Shown here: one piece after another, positions 11,583 to 24,049 of the stretch
Layout of the letters: every line of letters begins with the position of its first letter
Position numbering within the stretch: the stretch's first letter is position 1
Source of the DNA: an uncultured virus (IMG/VR IMGVR_UViG_3300034082_004432)
Taxonomy: Duplodnaviria; Heunggongvirae; Uroviricota; Caudoviricetes
Strand: one strand, 5' to 3'
Virus record (IMG/VR): IMGVR_UViG_3300034082_004432
Coordinates: 62,001-121,334 of that record
Length of the DNA: 59,334 bases
Translations under genes and position numbers: made by a program
Notes under the pieces: generated by a model
Database searches by the model: none
Seen by the model: the letters and a program-made list of their open reading frames with translations, nothing else
Told to the model about the DNA's origin: nothing

Positions 11583-14500
11583 TAATAACGGATTTTTCGA
11601 TCCAAAGTATTGGAACGAAGCTCTCAACAATGGTACTTCGATAGGTTATGAAATTGAAGATGAAACTACGGATGTATTTGTTAAATCCGAATTTTATCCC
11701 AATGCAAGCGTAATTTATGATACTGTCCCACCAAAAGGCATATTAATACTTAACAGAAAGTCAAATGATGTAGATCCAGGAATTAAAGTGCATTATTTTT
11801 CTGGCACTGGATATTCTTCTATAACTACCGAATACACTGACACAACTACATCTTATTCATTTTCTAAAACTATAAATGCATTTAAGATTGTTTCCGATAA
11901 AGCACAAAATATTTCAACAATATTTTTGAAACTCAAAAAAACTGGAAGCATTGTAAATCTTGGCGACAGAATTAATGTTGCTTTATATACTCATGATTCC
12001 ACAAATGATGCTCCTTCTGCATCGCTTGGCAGTTTTTCATCAATACAATTTGATGATTTGACTACTTCTTTTGATTCATATTCCTTTACAAATACTGGAA
12101 TTACTTTAACAGCAGATACAACTTACTGGATTCATATAACATTAGACAACTTACCTATAGCCGTTGTTGGGCAGGCTACTATAGATATTGCTAATTTCAC
12201 AAATACATCTTCTGAATTTGCATATTATGACTCTACAAATACAACTTGGATTAGAATAGCAAATACTTCACCATATTATAAAATTACAGCATTCAATACA
12301 GCATCAGCGGAATTGTCTTCTAAAGATTATTTACTTGATTTATTTGAAATTCCACTTAAAGAGGTATCTGTTTATGGCGGAAGTTCTGATCTTTCAAAAT
12401 TTGAAGTTATTGGCAATGATCAATCAAATTACATCTATAAAAAGTTTGATCCAGTTTATGAAGATCTAACTAACTCTACAAACAATATTTATCCAACTGT
12501 TACAAATTTAATTGTTGGTGCAACTGCTAAGAATACCAAGACTTATATCCTGCAAGTAAAAAAAACCAAAACATCTGACTGGGAAGATATTGTTGAAAAT
12601 ATTGCAGATTCAGAAACAACAGATTATTTAAACTTTACTTTTACAACACCACTTTCTTTGTATGCTGCCCGTATTGCATATCAGGGAGATTATTTTACGA
12701 TTGATCAACGTGGGGACATAACTATTGCTGCTTATGATCAATTTTCAGATGTAGTATCAGCACAAATATCAAGATTCTCAGATTTTAGAGATGCAACATC
12801 TTTTCCAAATGCAGATGCAAAAGGATTCATAGATTTTTCTGCTGGTGAAACTACCTTTACAAATATTGATCTTACTAATGCAGCATATTTGTGGTCCAAA
12901 AAAACAGGAAATGCTTCTTCTGAAATTACAGCAGTTGCAACATTCAATGACAAAGTTCTTATTGCAGCAAATCACAAAATGTTCGTTTATAAAGACGGTG
13001 CTATATATGAAATTCTCAATGAATCACTTGTAAACGAAAAATATCAAATTACTTGTATTCATGTTTACAATGGAAGAGCTTACGCTGGAACAAACTATGG
13101 ACTTGTTTTCACATCTTTTAATGGAGAGTTTTGGAGTGTATTAAATGCCAAAGATCCTTTGTCAACAACCAATTATAAATTACTAAAGCCTATTGTTTCT
13201 ATAACATCATTGGGAAATAATTTATTCCTTGGATCAACTAAAGGCTCTACAAGTATATGCTCAGTTTATCAGTACAATGGTAAATCCATAACAGAAATCA
13301 AGACATTTTCATATGACCAAGTATCTGCATTAACGGCTAAAGATTTCACTTTGTATGTAGGTGTTGGTGGAGATTATGGAAGTGCAGCGTCTGCAGTTTA
13401 TAAATATTACAATTCTGAATGGGTACAAACATTATCCTCAAACTTTGACAATGTTGAGTATCTTGCAAAATCAATTACAAGAAATTCAGTTGTAGCAGGA
13501 TTTAGAGGAGGCCAAATTTGGGAGCTATCGTTTACAAATGCAACAGCTAATTCTTGGTCTAAACTTTATGACACTTATGCTGACCATATTCATTATATTT
13601 ATGATGACCCAAATGGCAACTATATTTTTATTAGCGCTGATAATGGAACTTATGGATATTTTAAGTCAATAAATGGTTTTAAAAAAATAGTTTCATATTC
13701 TTATGATACAAATCAACTAAACTCTACTTGGAGATCTTACACTGGATCTGGTATTACTTGGACAGATTTAGGAGACATTGAAAGCTACAATTTTGTTGCA
13801 TATAGAGGTCAAACTCAAGCAATAAATTACACAGGAGCTATTGGAAGTTCATTTATCCCTCCAACAGGTTTTACAAATAGTTCTGTTTCATTTGAAGGGG
13901 CAGTGTTAGCTTCAAAAGATGGCGCATTATCATTTAGAATTGATAGTAGTGTTGGGTATAATTTATTTGTTAATGATACTCTACAAATAAGTAATTATAA
14001 TCAATCTACAAATTTAACGACTCTTTATTCAACAAACGCTTTTAATACAACAGAAGGCGATTTACTCAAGATAAAGCTTCAAACTACTAATAATGTTGGG
14101 TCTGGAACTACTTTTAAATTATTGTGGCAAAAAGCAGCTGGAGAAACATTTGAAGCAATTCCATCTTCGCAATTCTACGGCTCAAGTAAAATAAAATCTG
14201 TCACTGCAATTGGAAATACATTCTACGGTGCTGGAATGGATGGTAGTGTTTATGAATTTACTACAACTCCATATGAAAACAACAGTAGATATATTTATGC
14301 TAGATTCAAGGATGAAGCAGGCAACATTCAAGGCGTAGCTCTTCCAGCTCATGCTTCTGGATTTCCATTAGTAAGTGACAGAATGATACAGGTGGCAAAT
14401 ACAGCAAATAACACAAGTTCATTTATTCAATACACCAACACTACTATTGTCTCAAATTCAAATACAACAATCAATCCTGTGACTGGAAATACTCAGAACA

Positions 14501-15417
14501 ACCAGAATAATAATCCAACACAGGGTCAAACAAATGCAAATACTACACCCACAACAACGACAAATACTAATTCTAATAACCAGAATTTATCTACGACTAA
14601 TAATTCAGGCGTTATCTATCAAATTCAAAAGAATGCTGACAACTCGCTATCTAGGAAGGGGATTTATGTTCCCCCTTCAAGAACTTACCCAGTTTACGCT
14701 CCTGACCGTAAAATCAGAGAGTATGGAATTTATGAAGTTCAGCCAATTTATGTTCCAACACTTATTACGTGGACACAGATTGTTGCCTTAATTTTAAATA
14801 AATATCCATCAAGCCCAGATTCTTCATTAGATAACGGCACACAAGTTAATATTTATGTAAAAACTGGCAATACAAGAGCAGAATGTATTGCTGCATCATA
14901 CGGAGATCCTCAGTCATTGTCCACAATCAATGACAGTCTTGCACAAACAACTACACAATCACTGTCAGTAGATTTATCTGCATATTCAGGAAAATGGTTG
15001 CAATACAAAGTAGAGTTGATAACTGCTACTCCAAATGTCACTCCAGAATTGCTGTCTTTGACTATTTCTTACACTTCATCAACAGGCAGCTATTTCTTCA
15101 CAAGAATGTTTGATACATCTAATTATGACACTGATGCTCCAATGATTAAAAGAGGATTATTATCCTCTAACGAATTAAAAAACAATGGTAGCATCGTGTA
15201 CGGATACACAACTTCTGATGACACTAATGAAACATTTAATTTTGCTAACTACACAGTAATTTCGCCTAATCAAACATTCGAATTATCAGAAGCATCAAGC
15301 AAAATTAGATTTGGAATTTTTCTTACAAGTGTAGGAACAACTCCATCTATGGTCTATGATTTTGCCGTACAACTTGATATAGGAGATGCTAGCATCAAAT
15401 TCAATCCAAGTTTATAG
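11572..15417 (+). CDS. Structural/adhesin protein (1281 aa): beta-propeller, PA14-like domain, N/T/Q-rich linker
   Basis: Blades [29 protein letters not shown]14-like [42 protein letters not shown]; low-complexity stretch ~14400-14610. Confidence 0.7.
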   Translation: MGYDNNGFFDPKYWNEALNNGTSIGYEIEDETTDVFVKSEFYPNASVIYDTVPPKGILILNRKSNDVDPGIKVHYFSGTGYSSITTEYTDTTTSYSFSKTINAFKIVSDKAQNISTIFLKLKKTGSIVNLGDRINVALYTHDSTNDAPSASLGSFSSIQFDDLTTSFDSYSFTNTGITLTADTTYWIHITLDNLPIAVVGQATIDIANFTNTSSEFAYYDSTNTTWIRIANTSPYYKITAFNTASAELSSKDYLLDLFEIPLKEVSVYGGSSDLSKFEVIGNDQSNYIYKKFDPVYEDLTNSTNNIYPTVTNLIVGATAKNTKTYILQVKKTKTSDWEDIVENIADSETTDYLNFTFTTPLSLYAARIAYQGDYFTIDQRGDITIAAYDQFSDVVSAQISRFSDFRDATSFPNADAKGFIDFSAGETTFTNIDLTNAAYLWSKKTGNASSEITAVATFNDKVLIAANHKMFVYKDGAIYEILNESLVNEKYQITCIHVYNGRAYAGTNYGLVFTSFNGEFWSVLNAKDPLSTTNYKLLKPIVSITSLGNNLFLGSTKGSTSICSVYQYNGKSITEIKTFSYDQVSALTAKDFTLYVGVGGDYGSAASAVYKYYNSEWVQTLSSNFDNVEYLAKSITRNSVVAGFRGGQIWELSFTNATANSWSKLYDTYADHIHYIYDDPNGNYIFISADNGTYGYFKSINGFKKIVSYSYDTNQLNSTWRSYTGSGITWTDLGDIESYNFVAYRGQTQAINYTGAIGSSFIPPTGFTNSSVSFEGAVLASKDGALSFRIDSSVGYNLFVNDTLQISNYNQSTNLTTLYSTNAFNTTEGDLLKIKLQTTNNVGSGTTFKLLWQKAAGETFEAIPSSQFYGSSKIKSVTAIGNTFYGAGMDGSVYEFTTTPYENNSRYIYARFKDEAGNIQGVALPAHASGFPLVSDRMIQVANTANNTSSFIQYTNTTIVSNSNTTINPVTGNTQNNQNNNPTQGQTNANTTPTTTTNTNSNNQNLSTTNNSGVIYQIQKNADNSLSRKGIYVPPSRTYPVYAPDRKIREYGIYEVQPIYVPTLITWTQIVALILNKYPSSPDSSLDNGTQVNIYVKTGNTRAECIAASYGDPQSLSTINDSLAQTTTQSLSVDLSAYSGKWLQYKVELITATPNVTPELLSLTISYTSSTGSYFFTRMFDTSNYDTDAPMIKRGLLSSNELKNNGSIVYGYTTSDDTNETFNFANYTVISPNQTFELSEASSKIRFGIFLTSVGTTPSMVYDFAVQLDIGDASIKFNPSL

Positions 15418-15422
15418 ACAAT

Positions 15423-18400
15423 ATGGCTAATCGTACATCAATTTACAAGTTTTTATATTCATCGTTTGGCGATATTTGGTATCCAGGTTATGACTATGAA
15501 AATATGCTTACAGCTGAAACCAATTTTTCAGGCATATACTCTTTCTTTGGGCCTGGAATCATCAATGGGTGGAATGTAACAAAGTTAGAAGATAGTAGAG
15601 CTGATCAAATTTTGCTTCTTGATGGATACAATTCTAGTGCATCAAGCGAATATGGTCAAAAACTTGCTTTATTGAATCTTAATTTTTCTATAACTTGTTT
15701 AGCAGCTACAACTACAAATATTACTTTATCCAATACTCAAACAATAGATGGTATTTCTGTAGTAGTTGGTGATTTGGTATTAGTGAAAAATCAATCCACA
15801 TCTTCTCAAAATGGCGTTTATACTGTCGCCTCTGGCTCATGGACTAGACATTCTTTACTTAATTCTTCTTCAGATTATTCTGATAACTTTGTTGTTTATG
15901 TAAGTTCAGGCACAGTAAATCAAAAAACTTTATGGATTGGCAGTGTTGCATCGTCAAACTTTACATTAGATACAAGTAATTTATATTTTGAAAATGCTTT
16001 CAAACAGTGCATAAAAGTTAGCACAGGCGATGGCATCATTGATAAATATGCAGCAAAGACAGAAAAACCATATTACTTTAGGCAAACAATTGGTAATATT
16101 TTTTATGTCTGGGCTGAGTCTGGAATATCTACTTTATCTGATGAAGTATGTAATATTACTTGCCCATTAATTCCTGATGCTAAATACAACACATATTCGA
16201 ATGCAGTCTATCTTGCAACTGTAATTTATAAAGCAGACCCAACATATACTGATTATAATGTTATTTCAGAAATAATATATGAAGAAAGAAGAAATCAAAT
16301 AAATGAATCTTCAGGAGAATTTCAAAGACAACTTCAACTTTCATACCTCAAACACAAACATTTGGGAGAAATTAATTCAGCTTCCAAAATAGATTTAGGA
16401 AATTATCTAGTCTTGTTTGCATCAAATAATGATGGAAGTCTTTCTTATGACAATACCAATATTTTTGTACTCAAGAAGTCTGATGGATCAATTTTTAACG
16501 AATCTTTGACAAGATACGGCACTCCTGTTGTAAAACTCGATGGAACTATACTTTCTACTTCAGATTATTCAATAAGTGAAACAAATAAATTATATTTATA
16601 TCAAAATATAAAGGCAACTTCTAAAATAGAAGTATATTTGCCATATTCTACTGACAAAACTCTTTTTGCTATAGATGTCAATCAAGCTTTGCTTTCAAGT
16701 TCATTAGTCTTTGAAAGTTATATAAGTTTGACAGATGGCACGATTTATCAATTTACTGACGCTCTTGGAGTTACTACAGATAAGTACAATTATTTTTCTT
16801 GGACAGATTTTCAATATAATGATGCAAAAGTTTATTTGTCAGAAAATCTTATTGAACCAGTAAATTATGAAATCAATCCGTATTCTGGAACAATACTCCT
16901 CAAGAGTTCAATACCTAACTATGATAACTTCACATTTTCAGATTTAAGAGTAATTATTATCTCTCGCAAAGAAGAAATTAGAAATTCACTTTCAAATGAT
17001 TTTATCAATAGTTTATCTGCAGACAGTATATCAACTGGTAAAATATCACTCAATAACTTAAGAATAAACCATTTTAGCGAGAATAGATATAAAGAAACTT
17101 TGACTTTCGTTCCTGATAAATTCTTAGTAACAGGTATCGGAAAATCATACTTATATCCTCAGAATACAAATTCGTCCATTCAATACAATGATAGTTTATG
17201 CTTCTTCTATAAAAGTGCAAATATTTTTTCTAGTTTAAATTTAATTTATGTTGCTTCTTCTAGGGGTTTGTTTCAATTTAATATCAATAGCAACACAGCA
17301 CAAACTACAAACTGGCAAAATGATTTTGGAAAAATATTATCACTACAAGACAATATAATTTATCCGACAAATGAAAATTATTTTAAGAAAGTTTATGCAT
17401 CAACAACTTTAGGGAAAGTTTATTATAAAGATACTGAGGATGTATGGTCTGAATTAAAACTTCCTATAACAGAAAGCGGAATAGCAAAAACCATAAGTGC
17501 TTTTAAGATTTCTTCTGATAAAACTGCAGACGGATCTTATCAAACTTATCAATATGGTTTGACAAACGATAAAGTTTATTACAGTATCATTCCAGACAAT
17601 ACAGCTTATCAAAATTGGAATTGGAGTGAAATTTCAAGTTTTTATAATAGCTCAGGTACTGCAATAACTAATATCTATAATCTTTCTGGAATTGAAGAAA
17701 TATCTGTTCAAAAAACTACTTTTGTTGAAAATGCTGAAGATGATGTCACTATTCAAAGAGCGTTATACATTGGAGCAATAGGTACAAGCACTAAAGGACT
17801 TTACTACGGAGACTTTAGCCAATTATTACAAATATTTGACGAGCCAGTAAAGGGAATTTATTGGATTCAAGATGGCACTTACAAAAATAATATTATCTGG
17901 TGGAATGATTATCAAGCATTTATAACTCACACTGCAAAGTATATTGAAGATGCTACAGGTAAGTATTGGTCTCTTCCATTCTCGCAACCTACTACTTCTT
18001 TTAGTAATGCTTTATGTGCTACTACTGGGGATATCTCACTAACAGGAACACAAATAATTGATGGTGTATCTGTAAGTGCTGGTAATATTGTTTTAGTTAA
18101 GAACCAAACAACTAAATCAGAGAATGGAATTTATGTTGCATCTGCTGGAAGTTGGACAAGATCAACTGAATTAGATGTCAACGCTGAATTCATCAATTGG
18201 AAAACTGTTTACGTCTTAAGCGGAACAATTAATGCTGATAGCTCTTGGCACCTTGTAGTTGAAGATGCGTTTAATTTTGGAACTTCTGATGTTGTATGGG
18301 AAGTTCAGAGACTTAAGATATATCAAAATTCAACTCCTACTGGGGCTGGTTCTAGTAATATCATTAATTGCGTAGTTCAAAGAAATTCAACTACATTTCC

Positions 18401-21400
18401 AACTGATTATTTAGTTGGTCATTCAAATGGAATTGCAAGACTACAAGAAACATCTTTTGGATCTACAACAGCATATACTGAATTATTTTGGGAACCTGTC
18501 TTCCAAGGATCAGTAAATGCTCTTTATAGTTATGATGATACTTCAAATTATGGAAAATTATATGCTGGAACAAACAACGGCATTTTCATTAGCACAGAAC
18601 TTCTTTGGCAAGATGTAAATATTTCAAACACTCTTTCTCTTGATTATCGATGGAAAAGAGCCAATGATACATTTAGCGAAAATGATACAGAGTTTGCAGT
18701 TTTTGATAAAGAATATAATCAAATAACTAGCTTTTCCTTAAATTATCCTTATCAAATGGTATCAATTGGAACTTCATATGTGCCTGGTAATCAGCTATTC
18801 TATGAAAGAAGTTTCAATACTTTCACAACAAATCCTTGGAATAATACACAAACTGATAGCACAAGAATAATTACTTATATCAACAATGAACCAAGTACAA
18901 TTCCATTTTATTCCAATGCGTCTGAAGGCAAAATAACATTTACCCAATCAGTACTTAAAAAAGATATTGATAATGTAAAATTGTCTGTAGTTCATGATTT
19001 TCCAACAATATCGGATGCTGGAACAAAACCTCATTCTTCAACATTTGTTCCACTATATAAAACAAAAAAACCTATTGCATTACTAGCTAGAGCAAACTCA
19101 AATACAGACACTAAAATATATGTCAATCAAGATATAGAAAATTATTCTCTGATAGAATTGAAGAATGGCAATAATTATGAAATTGCCATAATAAAATCAA
19201 TTGATAATACTTCTTTTCCTTCAGAAATCTCATTATCTGTAGCAAGACTTACAAGCACTACTACATTTGATGTTGGTACAGAAGTATATGGTATTAAAAA
19301 TGAGATTGTTTCTGGATTGGAAGATGATCTTTATCTTGCAATTTCAAATCAGACATACAACTTGGCATCTGAAAATAATTCCAATATTCAAGAGTTAGCA
19401 AGAAAAATCAAATCAATAAATTCAACTATATTTGACTTTACTGCGCCATTTATATCACAAACAGATACAAGAGGACTTAAGAACACTTTATTAATTAATA
19501 ATTTCTCAAGTAATGCTAGTTTTGATAGTTTAAATTCATCATTCAAAAACAGAACAGAATTAATTCCAACAGTAAATGATTTTGAAAGTGATCCAATCCA
19601 AGTCAAGGGAATTATTGGTTTGACAAAAGATGGCACAGGTACAAGAATAATTACTGAAAAGGGTGTTTGGAAATATACTGGATATTGGGAGCTTGAAAGC
19701 ACATTAGACAGTGCTTTTGATACCAGTTATATTTCATATAATCCGAATCTTGAAATAATTGTTGGCGCTTCTAATGGGCTTTGGAAGTTTGACACAACTT
19801 GGCAAAAACAAACTTCATCAGCAAGACAAAATGCATATCTCACTGGTTTCTGGAATGGTTCTTTATTTGAAGCATTTGCAACTAGTGATGGATTAAGTAT
19901 TAAGCTTGGTTCTACTACTTTCCTATCTGACTTCCTAAAACTTACTTCGAATAATGTAAATGGACTTTTCAAAGGTACGTATACAAAGAATAGTGCTGGA
20001 ACTGTATCTGAATTTGAAAGTTTACACGCAGCAGGAGACGATGGATATTATGTTATGACAAATAGCACACAATATTCAACATTCTCTTCATTCCTTGTTC
20101 CGAGAAAAATGTTCAATGCTGGAAATCCTGAAGGCGTAAACAAATTCTATAAATCTTTTCAAGCATATAGCGTTCCTTCACTTACAAAGAAATCAGAATA
20201 TGCAAATCCATTATTTATTCTTACTAATGATGGTATTTTAAAAGTAAGAAATTGGAAATATTCTTATCCAGATGATTTAAATTCTTCTGACTTCATTGTT
20301 GAGAGCAGATATTTGAGAGGACTACATTGTTTCTCTTATGCAATTGACACTGAAGCCGCTATTGGATCTACTCCTGGCAAATCTAAAATTTACATCGGAA
20401 CAAATGATGGAGTTTACAGATCTTTTGATGAGGGAAATTCTTTTGAAAGATCAGACTACATTGGTACACTTCCAACTTGTGTTTATGATCTTCAAGTCTT
20501 TTCTTCTACATTTGACAGCATCACTCAAAATGTTTTAGTTGCTTGTAGTAATAATGGAATTTGGTACACACTTGATGATGGTGATTGCTGGTATAGAACT
20601 GGTGAAAATACAAGTGAAGGATATAGTCCAGTACTATTTGCATCCAAGCCTTCAAATGACATCAGATTTATAAATAATGATAGTTCTTCAGTCGGATATT
20701 TAGCGCAGACATTTACTACATCTTCAACTGCAAGCACAATTTCAAAAGTATCTGCATTCCTGTCAATTAGAGAACAAGACAACATTGCAAATTCTTCATA
20801 TAATGACAGTCTTGCAAATACAACTCTTACTGCTTATGTTTACTCTGTTGACGCCAATATAAGGCCACAAACTCAATTAGCTGCTTCAAGTCCTATCACA
20901 TCTTCAAGTGTAAATGTTGGTGGATTTACAAGTTTCAATCTTATTAGTGCATTAGATATACCAGGAACAGGATCAACAACTTTAGCCCTTGTTATTAAAG
21001 AAACAGCAAGTTCTATTCCAATCTTTAAGTGGAAAAAAGCATCTACAAGTAATCCTTATTCTGGATATGGATATACTAGTGCAAATGCTATAACTTGGAC
21101 AGGAATTAGTACAAGTTATGACTTCTTCTTTCAAGCACATTATGACAATGCTTATGCTCCAATAGAAACTATTGTTCCTATTGGTAATTACAATAACACT
21201 GAAGTTAATTGGGATAGTGGAAAAAGCAAAGGTGTTATTTCTAGTGATGATGGCTACTTATATCTAAAGCCTAAATTTGTAATATCAAACGTTTTTGATA
21301 ATTCTGCTTCTATGAAGATGTCATCAGGATTCTCAAACGATTTCAACAATCTGATTACAAATATTTTTACTAGAACTAATCAACAATACTATGCTCAATT

Positions 21401-23996
21401 TTCTTTTGCAGATCTTTGGACATTTGGCACTAGCATAAAGCACGAGACAGGAAGCGGGTTTACAAACTCTGGAATCGCAATCACTTCTATCATTGGATCA
21501 TTGAAATATGATGGCGATAATAGCAACTTGTATGACTGCCTTGAGTACGCTCTAATTGGACAGCAACCAGCAGCAATTTCAGGTATTGCAGACACATCTT
21601 TGATTTCAACTTACAAGGATTACTTGTCAGATGAAAATTTGATAAGACTTGATTTGCTCAAGACAAGATATAAGAATGAAAGCAACAAGCAGTTAAATCT
21701 AGTTCCAAAAACAGGAAGCTCTACAGGATCAACTCTTACATTTTCTACTGATGGAACTAATACTTTCACTTGGAATACAACAGACTATCCATATGCTGAA
21801 GTTGTCAAAAATGGAACTACTTTGGGTTCAGGATTTACTGTAATACCATCAACAGGCAAAGTATCTTTCACTTCATCAATTGGTAGCACAGATTCAGTTG
21901 TTGTATATTTGAGACAAGATTGGAATGGGTTAGCAGACACAATTCCAGCAAATACTACGGTTTCAAAGTATATGATGGAAAGATTAGCCAGTTTATATAT
22001 TCCATTGACATTCGTTGTTTCTGATGCTGACAACGATAATGCAGTATCTATTTTAAGTTTAGAAAACAATATAAATTATAGCTGGGGAAATCAAGGTACG
22101 AAATTAGTTGCTTTTGGTGTTGATGATAAGATAAACTCTGGAAACTTAAGACAATTAGTTCAAAATACAAGTGGTCTTTATTTTGATGCTAGTTCTTCAT
22201 ACTGGGCTGGAATAACTACTTCTTTATTGCACGGCGGAGTTAATTCATTATTTGCTGGCTATTGGAAGAAAGAAGTAGAATTTGACACTCCTAAATTTAT
22301 TAAGTCAATTACTACTGCGTACACGGTTTCTACAGGTCAGAGTGTAGATAGTGCCTGCACAGTCAAATACAAGTATTCTTCTGATAAAAAGAACTATAGT
22401 GATTGGATTACTCTTACTTCAACATCTACTCTCAATAAAGAAATTACAAACTTAAATTTCCAAATTGATATGACTGAAGGATGGAATAATGTTACAAGCC
22501 TTCCTGTTTCTCCGTATGTCAGCCAACTGTATTACATAGAAGTTTCTCCAGCTGTAAACTATTTCTTTACAACTGCTCTTACTTCAACTGATGATATCTT
22601 TGAATACATTCTTTCAACTGATTATTCTGACACCGATAAAGCAAAATTGACTTGGGGTATTTGTAAGGGTAATAGTACAAACTGGAATGATTATGAAGAA
22701 CTTATTAAAAATAATAATGGGATAATTTCTTCTAGACAAAGATCTTATAAATATACAAATGTAGCTTCTTTTGAAAAACTTACTTGCATCAAGTCAGTAA
22801 ATAACAATTTTACATATTTTGTCTATAACAATAATGAAAGATTTACTTGGTCGTTGACAGATACAGTTGAAGTCTATTTAAACTCTTCACTTCTTACCTC
22901 AAATCTTTACACAATCGACAATGTAAATGGAACAATAACATTCAGACAAGAAGTATTGTCTGGTAATCTTGTTCAAGTTTCTATAAGCAGAATAGGAACA
23001 AGATATGAGGCTTTTGGAGAAGGCACTGTTTCTACCGACTATAAGAACTATTTTGCTATAAATGGAAGATGGCCTGAAGATAGTAAAATTGTAGTTTTAA
23101 TCAACAATGAAATAGTTCGTGGCGGATATAAATTAGATCGTTATGATGGAAAAATAATATTTGACACTAATAAATCTTCTAGCGATATTATTACTGTATT
23201 TATCTTGCAAAGTTCTGATTATAGATTAGGACTTAAAGTTGAGACATATGCTTCAACAGCATCAAGTACTTACAACTTTGAATTCACACAAAATTCAGTG
23301 CCTAATTCAAATGTTTACTCTCATTACTTAAATACAAACATTCCATCCTTAAAGGCTGAAAGTTTGGCATTGAAATCAGATGTTTCATTTGCTTCTGTCG
23401 GATCTTCTACCCAAATTGCTAGTTCATCAAGAATTTACGTTGATTACAATTATTTATCTGACAACAAGCAATACAAGCCAAAAACAAGATGGTACAGAAC
23501 TAGAGTTTCAGGTGGAGGGACGACAACCATAGAATTGGACTCTTCACCAAACTACAGAGATAGATTGGTTCAAAGAAAATCAGATTTGAATGCAGCTAAT
23601 GATTATTTTAAGATTAATGATATCGTTTATGTGACATTAGAGCCAAATGACAATTTTGATTATGGAATCATGTATACTTCTGAACCAATTGTAATTAGAT
23701 CTTTATCTGCTCCTTATGTGTACGACGTTCAAATTAAATCCTTGAATACCATTATTGACAATAAAATATCAGCAAATAGTTCATTGCAAGCATATTATAA
23801 TTTCAATGGAAGTTCTGATCTTTCTACTATTGAATGGTTTGAATGGACAAATGGTGTTTCAAATAAAATTTCTGAAGGTAGTTTGCTTAATCCAGCTGTC
23901 GTTTTAAGAAATATGGCAATATCTTTCATAGTCAAACCTTATGATGGAACAACTTACGGAACACCAATAGAAAGTCAAGTTCTTTACATTGTGTAA
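15423..23996 (+). CDS. Giant virion protein (2857 aa): fibre repeats, Asp-box beta-propeller, vWA domain
   Basis: Two fibre repeats (AATTTNITLSNTQTIDG..LVKNQ..QNGVY..GSWTR); Asp-box-like RSFDEGNSF and YTLDDGDCW; vWA MIDAS DNSAS plus NLYDCL, FVVSDAD, LVAFGV, LRQLVQNTSGLYF. Confidence 0.75.
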   Translation: MANRTSIYKFLYSSFGDIWYPGYDYENMLTAETNFSGIYSFFGPGIINGWNVTKLEDSRADQILLLDGYNSSASSEYGQKLALLNLNFSITCLAATTTNITLSNTQTIDGISVVVGDLVLVKNQSTSSQNGVYTVASGSWTRHSLLNSSSDYSDNFVVYVSSGTVNQKTLWIGSVASSNFTLDTSNLYFENAFKQCIKVSTGDGIIDKYAAKTEKPYYFRQTIGNIFYVWAESGISTLSDEVCNITCPLIPDAKYNTYSNAVYLATVIYKADPTYTDYNVISEIIYEERRNQINESSGEFQRQLQLSYLKHKHLGEINSASKIDLGNYLVLFASNNDGSLSYDNTNIFVLKKSDGSIFNESLTRYGTPVVKLDGTILSTSDYSISETNKLYLYQNIKATSKIEVYLPYSTDKTLFAIDVNQALLSSSLVFESYISLTDGTIYQFTDALGVTTDKYNYFSWTDFQYNDAKVYLSENLIEPVNYEINPYSGTILLKSSIPNYDNFTFSDLRVIIISRKEEIRNSLSNDFINSLSADSISTGKISLNNLRINHFSENRYKETLTFVPDKFLVTGIGKSYLYPQNTNSSIQYNDSLCFFYKSANIFSSLNLIYVASSRGLFQFNINSNTAQTTNWQNDFGKILSLQDNIIYPTNENYFKKVYASTTLGKVYYKDTEDVWSELKLPITESGIAKTISAFKISSDKTADGSYQTYQYGLTNDKVYYSIIPDNTAYQNWNWSEISSFYNSSGTAITNIYNLSGIEEISVQKTTFVENAEDDVTIQRALYIGAIGTSTKGLYYGDFSQLLQIFDEPVKGIYWIQDGTYKNNIIWWNDYQAFITHTAKYIEDATGKYWSLPFSQPTTSFSNALCATTGDISLTGTQIIDGVSVSAGNIVLVKNQTTKSENGIYVASAGSWTRSTELDVNAEFINWKTVYVLSGTINADSSWHLVVEDAFNFGTSDVVWEVQRLKIYQNSTPTGAGSSNIINCVVQRNSTTFPTDYLVGHSNGIARLQETSFGSTTAYTELFWEPVFQGSVNALYSYDDTSNYGKLYAGTNNGIFISTELLWQDVNISNTLSLDYRWKRANDTFSENDTEFAVFDKEYNQITSFSLNYPYQMVSIGTSYVPGNQLFYERSFNTFTTNPWNNTQTDSTRIITYINNEPSTIPFYSNASEGKITFTQSVLKKDIDNVKLSVVHDFPTISDAGTKPHSSTFVPLYKTKKPIALLARANSNTDTKIYVNQDIENYSLIELKNGNNYEIAIIKSIDNTSFPSEISLSVARLTSTTTFDVGTEVYGIKNEIVSGLEDDLYLAISNQTYNLASENNSNIQELARKIKSINSTIFDFTAPFISQTDTRGLKNTLLINNFSSNASFDSLNSSFKNRTELIPTVNDFESDPIQVKGIIGLTKDGTGTRIITEKGVWKYTGYWELESTLDSAFDTSYISYNPNLEIIVGASNGLWKFDTTWQKQTSSARQNAYLTGFWNGSLFEAFATSDGLSIKLGSTTFLSDFLKLTSNNVNGLFKGTYTKNSAGTVSEFESLHAAGDDGYYVMTNSTQYSTFSSFLVPRKMFNAGNPEGVNKFYKSFQAYSVPSLTKKSEYANPLFILTNDGILKVRNWKYSYPDDLNSSDFIVESRYLRGLHCFSYAIDTEAAIGSTPGKSKIYIGTNDGVYRSFDEGNSFERSDYIGTLPTCVYDLQVFSSTFDSITQNVLVACSNNGIWYTLDDGDCWYRTGENTSEGYSPVLFASKPSNDIRFINNDSSSVGYLAQTFTTSSTASTISKVSAFLSIREQDNIANSSYNDSLANTTLTAYVYSVDANIRPQTQLAASSPITSSSVNVGGFTSFNLISALDIPGTGSTTLALVIKETASSIPIFKWKKASTSNPYSGYGYTSANAITWTGISTSYDFFFQAHYDNAYAPIETIVPIGNYNNTEVNWDSGKSKGVISSDDGYLYLKPKFVISNVFDNSASMKMSSGFSNDFNNLITNIFTRTNQQYYAQFSFADLWTFGTSIKHETGSGFTNSGIAITSIIGSLKYDGDNSNLYDCLEYALIGQQPAAISGIADTSLISTYKDYLSDENLIRLDLLKTRYKNESNKQLNLVPKTGSSTGSTLTFSTDGTNTFTWNTTDYPYAEVVKNGTTLGSGFTVIPSTGKVSFTSSIGSTDSVVVYLRQDWNGLADTIPANTTVSKYMMERLASLYIPLTFVVSDADNDNAVSILSLENNINYSWGNQGTKLVAFGVDDKINSGNLRQLVQNTSGLYFDASSSYWAGITTSLLHGGVNSLFAGYWKKEVEFDTPKFIKSITTAYTVSTGQSVDSACTVKYKYSSDKKNYSDWITLTSTSTLNKEITNLNFQIDMTEGWNNVTSLPVSPYVSQLYYIEVSPAVNYFFTTALTSTDDIFEYILSTDYSDTDKAKLTWGICKGNSTNWNDYEELIKNNNGIISSRQRSYKYTNVASFEKLTCIKSVNNNFTYFVYNNNERFTWSLTDTVEVYLNSSLLTSNLYTIDNVNGTITFRQEVLSGNLVQVSISRIGTRYEAFGEGTVSTDYKNYFAINGRWPEDSKIVVLINNEIVRGGYKLDRYDGKIIFDTNKSSSDIITVFILQSSDYRLGLKVETYASTASSTYNFEFTQNSVPNSNVYSHYLNTNIPSLKAESLALKSDVSFASVGSSTQIASSSRIYVDYNYLSDNKQYKPKTRWYRTRVSGGGTTTIELDSSPNYRDRLVQRKSDLNAANDYFKINDIVYVTLEPNDNFDYGIMYTSEPIVIRSLSAPYVYDVQIKSLNTIIDNKISANSSLQAYYNFNGSSDLSTIEWFEWTNGVSNKISEGSLLNPAVVLRNMAISFIVKPYDGTTYGTPIESQVLYIV

Positions 23997-24049
23997 AGGA
24001 ATTGGGAAAATTATATAAAGAATAATATACTTGTATCGAGGTGAACAAA

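Noticed and set aside
14400..14610. AAC/ACA-rich tract as a DGR template or repeat array
   Set aside because: In-frame N/T/Q low-complexity linker; no reverse transcriptase or paired variable repeat seen in the window.
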